A stretch of DNA of 49,376 nt, from positions 1 through 49,376 of IMG/VR virus record IMGVR_UViG_2531839433_000005, one strand, 5' to 3'. The stretch is from a virus. Its lineage: Duplodnaviria > Heunggongvirae > Uroviricota > Caudoviricetes. The position numbers and the translations under genes were made by a program. The notes under the pieces were generated by a model. That model made no database searches, was not told the DNA's origin, and saw only the letters and a program-made list of their open reading frames with translations. This document shows positions 42,701 through 49,376 of the stretch, one piece after another. Within the stretch, counting starts at the first letter, position 1. Each line of letters opens with the position of its first letter.

Positions 42701-45676
42701 GTGAGTATGGCAGTAAAGATTTCAGGTGTACTGAAAGATGGTGCAGGTAAGCCGATACAAAACTGCACCATTCAGCTAAAGGCCAGGCGCAACAGCACCA
42801 CGGTGGTGGTGAACACAGTGGCCTCAGAAAACCCGGATGAAGCCGGGCGTTACACAATGGACGTCGAGTATGGTCAGTACAGCGTCAGTCTGTTGGTGGA
42901 GGGATTCCCGCCGTCACACGCCGGGATTATCACTGTATATGAGGACTCAAAGCCGGGCACACTGAATGATTTCCTCGGTGCAATGACGGAGGATGATGTC
43001 CGGCCAGAGGCACTGCGCCGTTTTGAACTGATGGTGGAAGAGGTGGCGCGTAACGCGTCCGCAGTGGCACAGAACACGGCAGCTGCGAAGAAGTCAGCCA
43101 GCGATGCCAGCACATCAGCCCGTGAGGCGGCAACCCATGCGACTGATGCTGCAGACTCAGCACGCGCAGCCAGCACGTCAGCCGGACAGGCCGCGACGTC
43201 GGCTCGGTCAGCGTCTTCCAGCGCAGGAACGGCATCAACAAAGGCCAGTGAAGCAGCGAAAAGTGCTGCTGCTGCAGAGTCATCAAAAAGCGCGGCAGCT
43301 ACCAGCGCCAGTGCCGCGAAAACGTCAGAAACGAATGCCGCAGCATCACAAAAATCGGCAGCCACTTCTGCATCCACAGCGACCACGAAGGCGTCAGAAG
43401 CTGCCACCTCGGCACGGGGTGCGGCGGCCTCAAAAGAGGCAGCGAAATCATCAGAAACGAATGCATCATCAAGTGCCAGTAGTGCAGCTTCCTCGGCAAC
43501 GGCGGCAGGAAATTCCGCGAAGGCGGCAAAAACGTCCGAGACGAACGCCAGGTCTTCTGAAACAGCAGCGGGACAGAGCGCCTCAGCTGCGGCAGGTTCA
43601 AAAACAGCGGCTGCGTCGTCTGCCAGTGCCGCGTCAACAAGTGCCGGGCAGGCCTCAGCCAGTGCCACCGCCGCCGGAAAATCGGCAGAAAGCGCCGCAT
43701 CATCCGCTTCAACAGCCACAACGAAGGCTGGCGAAGCCACTGAGCAGGCCACTGCAGCAGCGAGGTCTGCTTCTGCAGCAAAAACCTCTGAAACAAATGC
43801 AAAGACTTCAGCAGACAATGCTGCTTCCTCTAAGGCGGCAGCCGCATCGTCCGCTGGTTCAGCGGCGTCATCGGCATCATCTGCGTCTGCTTCAAAAGAT
43901 GAGGCGACCAGACAAGCGTCAGCAGCGAAAGGTAGTGCCACGACAGCAACAACGAAAGCATCAGAGGCGGCAGGCAGTGCGACGGCTGCATCTCAGAGCA
44001 AAGTTGCTGCTGAATCCGCGGCAACGCGTGCCGAAACAGCAGCAAAACGGGCAGAGGATATTGCTGATGCCGTATCTCTGGAAGATGCGAGCACGACGAA
44101 AAAAGGTGTGGTTCAGCTTAGTAGTGCAACCAATAGCACATCTGAAACGCAGGCTGCAACGCCGAAAGCAGTAAAGGCCGCGTATGACCTTGCTGGCGCA
44201 AAATATACCGCTCAGGACGCCACGACGGCACAAAAAGGGATAGTCCAGCTCAGTAGTGCCACCAACAGCACGTCTGAAACACTGGCTGCGACACCGAAAG
44301 CGGTTAAGGCGGTAATGGATGAAACAAATAAGAAAGCCCCATTAAACAGCCCGGCGCTGACCGGAACGCCAACAACGCCAACTGCGCCAAAAGGGACTAA
44401 TAATACTCAGATCGCAAGCACGGCTTATGTGATGGCCGCGATTGCCGCACTTGTAGATTCGTCACCTGATGCACTGAACACGCTGAACGAGCTGGCGGCG
44501 GCGCTGGGCAACGACCCGAATTTTGCGACCACCATGACTAACGCGCTTGCGGGTAAGCAACCGAAAGATGCCACCCTGACGGCGCTGGCCGGGCTTGCTA
44601 CTGCGGCAGACAAGTTTCCGTATTTTACGGGGAATGATGTCGCCAGCCTGGCAACTCTGACAAAAGTCGGGCGGGATATTCTTGCGAAATCGACCGTTGC
44701 CGCTGTTATCGAATACCTCGGTTTACAGGAAACGGTAAATCAGGCTTCTGGCGCATTACAGAAAAACCAGAACGGCGCAGATATTCCGGGAAAAGATACC
44801 TTCACCAAAAATATTGGGGCCTGCCGCGCATATAGCGCATGGCTGAATATTGGTGGCGATAGTCAGGCCTGGACAACCGCGCAATTTATTTCGTGGCTGG
44901 AGAGTCAGGGAGCATTTAACCATCCTTACTGGATGTGCAAAGGCTCATGGGCTTATGCAAATAATAAGGTCATTACAGATACAGGTTGCGGAAATATTTG
45001 TCTTGCAGGTGCTGTGGTGGAAGTTATTGGCACTCGCGGCGCAATGACCATACGCGTTACTACGCCGAGCACGTCCAGCGGCGGCGGAATTACTAACGCT
45101 CAATTCACCTATATTAATCATGGTGATGCTTATGCTCCTGGCTGGCGACGAGACTACAACACGAAAAACCAGCAGCCTGCATTTGCTTTAGGGCAGACAG
45201 GAAGCAGGGTTGCAAATGATAAAGCTGTTGGCTGGAACTGGAATAGCGGTGTTTATGATGCAGATATCAAAGGCGCAACAGCATTAATACTCCACTTCAA
45301 TATGAATACGGGGAGTTGCCCTGCCGTACAGTTCCGTGTGAATTACAGGAACGGCGGTATCTTTTATCGTTCAGCGCGTGATGGTTATGGCTTTGAAGAT
45401 AACTGGTCAGCGTTTTACACCACAACCTACAAACCCTCTGCGGGGGATGTTGGTGCATATACCAAAGCGGAATGTAACTCAAAGTTTATTACAGGTATTC
45501 GTCTGGGCGGTCTGTCATCTGTTCAGACATGGAATGGTCCCGGCTGGTCTGACAGGTCAGGTTATGTCGTTACGGGTTCAGTTAACGGAAACCGTGATGA
45601 ATTAATTGATACAACACAGGCAAGGCCAGTTCAGTATTGCATTAATGGAACGTGGTATAACGCGGGGAGTATTTAA
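42701..45676 (+). CDS. stf: Side tail fibre protein (Stf-like) with invertible C-terminal part
   Basis: 991 aa; conserved N-terminus, long Ala/Ser/Thr-rich repeat region, two copies of the tail-fibre repeat (..VQLSSATNSTSET.AATPKAVK..), C-terminal domain encoded inside the invertible segment. Confidence 0.85.
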   Translation: MSMAVKISGVLKDGAGKPIQNCTIQLKARRNSTTVVVNTVASENPDEAGRYTMDVEYGQYSVSLLVEGFPPSHAGIITVYEDSKPGTLNDFLGAMTEDDVRPEALRRFELMVEEVARNASAVAQNTAAAKKSASDASTSAREAATHATDAADSARAASTSAGQAATSARSASSSAGTASTKASEAAKSAAAAESSKSAAATSASAAKTSETNAAASQKSAATSASTATTKASEAATSARGAAASKEAAKSSETNASSSASSAASSATAAGNSAKAAKTSETNARSSETAAGQSASAAAGSKTAAASSASAASTSAGQASASATAAGKSAESAASSASTATTKAGEATEQATAAARSASAAKTSETNAKTSADNAASSKAAAASSAGSAASSASSASASKDEATRQASAAKGSATTATTKASEAAGSATAASQSKVAAESAATRAETAAKRAEDIADAVSLEDASTTKKGVVQLSSATNSTSETQAATPKAVKAAYDLAGAKYTAQDATTAQKGIVQLSSATNSTSETLAATPKAVKAVMDETNKKAPLNSPALTGTPTTPTAPKGTNNTQIASTAYVMAAIAALVDSSPDALNTLNELAAALGNDPNFATTMTNALAGKQPKDATLTALAGLATAADKFPYFTGNDVASLATLTKVGRDILAKSTVAAVIEYLGLQETVNQASGALQKNQNGADIPGKDTFTKNIGACRAYSAWLNIGGDSQAWTTAQFISWLESQGAFNHPYWMCKGSWAYANNKVITDTGCGNICLAGAVVEVIGTRGAMTIRVTTPSTSSGGGITNAQFTYINHGDAYAPGWRRDYNTKNQQPAFALGQTGSRVANDKAVGWNWNSGVYDADIKGATALILHFNMNTGSCPAVQFRVNYRNGGIFYRSARDGYGFEDNWSAFYTTTYKPSAGDVGAYTKAECNSKFITGIRLGGLSSVQTWNGPGWSDRSGYVVTGSVNGNRDELIDTTQARPVQYCINGTWYNAGSI
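44707..44732. other. Left crossover site of Gin/Pin-type inversion system
   Basis: TTATCGAATACCTCGGTTTACAGGAA, inverted copy of the site at 47921..47946; about 75 bp of near-identical flanking inverted repeat. Confidence 0.7.
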
Positions 45677-45678
45677 TC

Positions 45679-46212
45679 ATGATGCACTTAAAAAACATTA
45701 CTGCTGGCAATCCTAAAACAAAAGAGCAATACCAGCTAACAAAGCAATTTAACATCAAATGGCTTTATTCAGATGATGGAAAAAACTGGTATGAGGAACA
45801 AAAGAATTTCCGGCCAGACACATTGAAAATGGCCTATGACCATAACGGCGTTATTATTTGTATTGAAAAGGATGTTTCAGCAATTAATCCGGAAGGCGCA
45901 AGCGTCGTTGAATTACCTGATATTACAGCAAATCGCCGTGCTGATATTTCGGGTAAATGGATGTTCAAAGATGGCGTAGTGATAAAGCGAACTTATACCG
46001 AAGAGGAACAGAGGCAGCAGGCAGAGAATGAAAAGCAAAGCCTGTTGCAACTTGTCAGGGATAAAACCCAGCTATGGGACTCACAGCTACGGCTGGGCAT
46101 CATTTCCGACGAGAATAAACAAAAATTAACCGAGTGGATGCTCTATGCGCAGAAAGTCGAATCTACAGACACCTCCAGCCTGCCAGTAACATTTCCCGAA
46201 CAACCTGAATGA
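45679..46212 (+). CDS. tfa: Tail fibre assembly protein (Tfa), orientation A
   Basis: 177 aa, N-terminus [21 protein letters not shown].. typical of the Tfa/gp38 chaperone family. Confidence 0.8.
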   Translation: MMHLKNITAGNPKTKEQYQLTKQFNIKWLYSDDGKNWYEEQKNFRPDTLKMAYDHNGVIICIEKDVSAINPEGASVVELPDITANRRADISGKWMFKDGVVIKRTYTEEEQRQQAENEKQSLLQLVRDKTQLWDSQLRLGIISDENKQKLTEWMLYAQKVESTDTSSLPVTFPEQPE

Positions 46213-46214
46213 GA

Positions 46215-46245
46215 CAAGGCCCGATAGCGGGCCTTAATTTTTATT
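46215..46245. terminator. Bidirectional hairpin terminator between convergent tfa genes
   Basis: AGGCCCG-ATAGC-GGGCCT hairpin with A/T-rich flanks. Confidence 0.5.
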
Positions 46246-46771
46246 CAGGCTTTTGTGGCCATTCAGGATTTGCCCTATCCACACGGCTGACCAGAACACT
46301 GTAGCGTTCCCATGCTTCCAGTCGTGTGCGTTCCTCGTCTGTTGCCATATTCAACCTGACAGCGCGTTCCAGCGGCTGGATGACTGATTCAGCTTCGGAA
46401 AGCAATGCGGCCTTTTGTGATTCGGCCTGTTGTTGCTGTTCGTCTGCCGTATAAATCCGTTTAACCACAGCTCCATCCTTAAACATCCACTTTCCTGAAT
46501 CATCAGCGCGGCGGTTGGCTGTAATATCTGGAACCTCGACAACGCTAAAACCTTCGGGATTAAGCGTGGATGCATCTTTGGTGATGGCGACAATAATATT
46601 ATTTGCATCGTAAACAATCTTTATTGTGTCTGGCTGAAAGTTTTTCACTTCCTCATACCAGTTTTTACCGTCTTCTGTATATAACCAGATAACATCAAAA
46701 TTCTTTGTTAGCTGATATTGCTCTTTTGTTTTTGGATTTCCTGACTTAATATTTTTTAAATGCTGCATCAT
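46241..46771 (-). CDS. tfa: Tail fibre assembly protein (Tfa'), orientation B
   Basis: 176 aa, paralogous to tfa on the opposite strand ([22 protein letters not shown]..). Confidence 0.8.
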   Translation of the reverse strand: MMQHLKNIKSGNPKTKEQYQLTKNFDVIWLYTEDGKNWYEEVKNFQPDTIKIVYDANNIIVAITKDASTLNPEGFSVVEVPDITANRRADDSGKWMFKDGAVVKRIYTADEQQQQAESQKAALLSEAESVIQPLERAVRLNMATDEERTRLEAWERYSVLVSRVDRANPEWPQKPE

Positions 46772-47920
46772 TTACACCTGTGCGACGTTATACCATGTGC
46801 CATTGATGTATTTTTGTATTGGTCTGAAGATGGCTTCATCATCGCCATCTACTTCACCAATGATTCTTAATCCGGTAATTGCGTGTCCGGCTTTTTCATA
46901 GCGACCACCACGCGCCATCAATTGAACAACACGCGTACCCAGGCGAACATCTTTCACATAGCGGGAATCAAAATTCCCCCAGTTGCTGGGCTGCATCTGA
47001 CCGTTAACAGCAAATGTTACTGAGTTATCTGTATTTCGCTGACTATAGAAATGCCAGCCTGAATCATCACCAAGCTCTGCAACAGTTGGTCTTGATGAAG
47101 TGCCCCATAAATAAAACTTTGCGTTCTTCGTGGAGTTGTTGGAGCTGGATAGCGAGAATTTTTTACTATCACCTGCCTGAATGTTTTTAAAAGCAATAGC
47201 CACTCCATTCTGAAAGCGGAATACTCGCTGACTATTAGCGTAAACATCCAGAATACCATCACCATTCTGTTTAAATCCGGTATCATTATCACCCAAAACA
47301 ATCGAGTTACCGCCAAGAGCACTGGATGTTCCGATGCCCAGAGCACCATTCAATTGACCGCCAGATAATGACAACGCCCCAACCTCAGCAGCAGTCGGTT
47401 TAATGTGCGAACTGTAAATTACATATACAGTTCCATCTGTCAGGCCTGTTGGTTTATTCGCTGTATAAGTTGGTGATGTATGAATCGTTACGCTGGCGTT
47501 ACCGGTATAATCCCACTGAATATTAACACCTGTGGCGTAATTACCTATTTCAACATAAACATCATAGGTATCACCGGATGTATTCACCCATGCAATATTA
47601 GTAAATCCAGCCGATGTTCGTCGCCATAATGCACCAGTAATACCTTTTGGATTCCCATTTCCGGCACGCAGAACCAGCTCAGAGATGCCTGCCTGATGCG
47701 GGGCGCCAACGTTATACCCTGCGCCACCAATCAGGCTTATGTAAACCACGGAACTGGCTTGTGGCATTGTTACAGTTGCCAGTTTGAACCATCCAGCCCC
47801 ACCACTAAAAGACATGGTTGTTGAATTTGTTGTGCCGATATTACGCAGGAATAGTTTTTTATCGGGAATATCTGCGCCGTTCTGTTTTTTCTGTAATGCG
47901 CCAGAAGCCTGATTTACCGT
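46772..47920 (-). CDS. Alternative tail-fibre C-terminal variable segment (start-less in this orientation)
   Basis: Open frame on the minus strand from the right crossover site through a 347-aa ORF ending ..INGTWYNVAQV (cf. stf C-terminus ..INGTWYNAGSI); would be fused in frame to the constant stf 5' part after inversion. Confidence 0.6.
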   Translation of the reverse strand, partial: TVNQASGALQKKQNGADIPDKKLFLRNIGTTNSTTMSFSGGAGWFKLATVTMPQASSVVYISLIGGAGYNVGAPHQAGISELVLRAGNGNPKGITGALWRRTSAGFTNIAWVNTSGDTYDVYVEIGNYATGVNIQWDYTGNASVTIHTSPTYTANKPTGLTDGTVYVIYSSHIKPTAAEVGALSLSGGQLNGALGIGTSSALGGNSIVLGDNDTGFKQNGDGILDVYANSQRVFRFQNGVAIAFKNIQAGDSKKFSLSSSNNSTKNAKFYLWGTSSRPTVAELGDDSGWHFYSQRNTDNSVTFAVNGQMQPSNWGNFDSRYVKDVRLGTRVVQLMARGGRYEKAGHAITGLRIIGEVDGDDEAIFRPIQKYINGTWYNVAQV

Positions 47921-47946
47921 TTCCTGTAAACCGAGGTTTTAGATAA
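47921..47946. other. Right crossover site of Gin/Pin-type inversion system
   Basis: TTCCTGTAAACCGAGGTTTTAGATAA, resembles gix/hix/pix-type 26-bp sites as recalled; immediately upstream of the invertase start. Confidence 0.7.
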
Positions 47947-48000
47947 TGGCGGTTTCTGGCCTGCATGGCATGATTTGTGCTTTTGGACGGGAGATTCAGC

Positions 48001-48195
48001 GTGCTGATTGGCTATGTAAGGGTATCAACAAATGACCAGAATACAGACCTGCAACGAAACGCTCTTGTTTGTGCAGGATGTGAACAAATATTTGAAGATA
48101 AATTAAGCGGAACAAGGACAGGCCAACCTGGATTAAAACGTGCTTTAAAGCGCCTTCAAAAAGGTGACGCACTGGTTGTCTGGAAACTGGACTGA
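48001..48195 (+). pseudogene. Truncated serine DNA invertase (Pin/Gin/Hin family), N-terminal 64 codons only
   Basis: (V)LIGYVRVSTNDQNTDLQRNALVCAGCEQIFEDKLSGTRTG..LVVWKLD then stop; the catalytic-Ser region (YVRVST) is present but the rest of the catalytic domain and the C-terminal HTH are missing. Confidence 0.8.
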
Positions 48196-48233
48196 CTGGG
48201 TCACTGTATGCGGCATCTTGTCGTGCTGGTGGT

Positions 48234-48305
48234 GGAAGCCTGGAAAAAGTATCGGGTGTTGCTGAACCGTGTTGATACATCAACTGCACCTGATATTGAG
48301 TGGCC
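48234..48305 (+). repeat. 72-bp direct repeat, copy 1 (3' end of a Tfa gene; copy 2 at 49283..49354)
   Basis: GGAAGCCTGGAA(A/G)AAGTATCGGGTGTTGCTGAACCGTGTTGATACATCAAC(T/C)GCACCTGATATTGAGTGGCC; two mismatches between copies. Confidence 0.85.
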
Positions 48306-48381
48306 TACGAACCCTGTCAGGGAGTAATCATTGGGATTATGCCGCAGCACGTCTTAAGCAAGAACGTGCTGCGGTTGGATG

Positions 48382-49050
48382 CTATTTTTTCCCTGAAGCG
48401 GAAAACATTACTACAGTACCTTGAACCTTGGTTTTAACATTCTCGAAATGCTCTGAGAGTATATGTGTTAAGCCTTCTTCGGAATCTTTTGTGTTTGAAA
48501 AGATGCCTTTCTGATTGTAAATGCGCATCAGTTTTTGACCGAAGCTATTGTGCACAACTCCATCGCCAAGAATTGTGGCTCCGTATAGAGTTCCATCGTC
48601 AGTTAAGGCCTGCGCCGCATTGCGTATTACACAGCTTTTTGTAGATATATTTCCAGGCAGGCAGTGAAGAAGGTAAAACATGGAAATGGAATCAAATTGA
48701 CCATGTAACGCCGCGGGATAAGGATCAAAAACATCATGGCTAATTTTATGTTTAATTTTTGATTCCCCAGCCCTTGTAGATGCCGCGTTCAGGCTAGCTT
48801 CGTTCAAATCCATTAAAGATATCAGACTACTCTCAGGTACGTGAGTAAGGTAAAACCCAGTTCCAACACCAATATCCAGATGGTTGTTACCTAAATGTTC
48901 CAGAAAGTGTGGAAGAAGGTGTTCCTTTGTAGGACATCCCCATGCAAGCCGATTTGATACTCCCAAAACCCACCAGTCATAAAGCTTTAGGGTAAGTGGT
49001 GTGTAAATTTTAGCCCCATCATCTGTGTTTTTTTTCATTAATTTCACCAT
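48382..49050 (-). CDS. Class I SAM-dependent methyltransferase (cargo gene)
   Basis: 222 aa; motif I LDIGVGTGFY; AT-rich relative to the tail genes; flanked by the 72-bp direct repeats. Confidence 0.7.
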   Translation of the reverse strand: MVKLMKKNTDDGAKIYTPLTLKLYDWWVLGVSNRLAWGCPTKEHLLPHFLEHLGNNHLDIGVGTGFYLTHVPESSLISLMDLNEASLNAASTRAGESKIKHKISHDVFDPYPAALHGQFDSISMFYLLHCLPGNISTKSCVIRNAAQALTDDGTLYGATILGDGVVHNSFGQKLMRIYNQKGIFSNTKDSEEGLTHILSEHFENVKTKVQGTVVMFSASGKK

Positions 49051-49106
49051 GTTATAGTTTTATTTGTGAATTAAATCAATTGTGGCGATGAATTACAAGA
49101 GGTTAA

Positions 49107-49376
49107 ATGCTGCCGCAGCATAGCGATATTGAAATAGCCTGGTATGCTTCGATACAGCAGGAGCCGAATGGCTGGAAGACCGTCACCACACAGTTCTACA
49201 TCCAGGAATTCAGTGAGCATATTGCGCCACTTCAGGATGCTGTAGAGCTGGAGATCGCAACGGAGGAAGAAAACTCGTTGCTGGAAGCCTGGAAGAAGTA
49301 TCGGGTGTTGCTGAACCGTGTTGATACATCAACCGCACCTGATATTGAGTGGCCGGAAGAACCAGACACAATGTAA
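49107..49376 (+). pseudogene. Tail fibre assembly protein fragment (C-terminal part only)
   Basis: C-terminal ..[46 protein letters not shown].. matches Tfa C-termini; N-terminal part unrelated and preceded by AT-rich non-coding sequence. Confidence 0.6.

Noticed and set aside
42874-44174. Large ORFs in other frames and on the opposite strand of stf (355 aa minus; 356 aa plus, Arg/Gln/Pro-rich)
   Set aside because: Artefacts of the Ala/Ser repeat tract read out of frame; the stf frame is supported by its conserved N-terminus and tail-fibre motifs.
48340-48392. Hairpin CCGCAGCACG..CGTGCTGCGG followed by a T-run, considered as a terminator for the methyltransferase gene
   Set aside because: The T-run follows the hairpin on the plus strand only, so it would terminate rightward transcription from the invertase remnant rather than the minus-strand methyltransferase; left unannotated as ambiguous.

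Overview
This window is almost entirely one lambdoid prophage, read from its integrase end (int at 1..1131, minus strand) to its tail-fibre end; attL and attR are not visible. The early/immunity/replication part is not lambda-like: int/xis, a large putative 3'-5' exonuclease, small leftward genes, an S24-peptidase CI repressor divergent from Cro-like and CII-like genes, an O-like initiator and a DnaC-type loader. A cargo hotspot follows: an AT-rich two-gene cassette, a hok/sok-type toxin locus, and an HTH/ImmA-peptidase module bracketed by a duplicated terminator. Then come an HNH/DUF968 protein, RusA, a putative Q antiterminator with pR'/tR'-like signals, four tRNA-like genes and a lysis cassette. 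After an IS66-family insertion with 8-bp target duplications, a cos site precedes a head/tail module (nu1 to J, lom, stf, tfa) that matches phage lambda gene-for-gene as recalled from memory. The right end carries a Gin/Pin-type invertible tail-fibre segment whose invertase is truncated, and a methyltransferase cargo gene flanked by 72-bp direct repeats. The prophage looks defective: J is frameshifted, the invertase is truncated and an IS sits in the late region. No CRISPR array or rRNA was seen. The strongest candidates for an undescribed system are the AT-rich cassette at 10676..12159 and the HTH/ImmA module at 12834..14668. All homology statements are from memory and motif reading; no database search was run.
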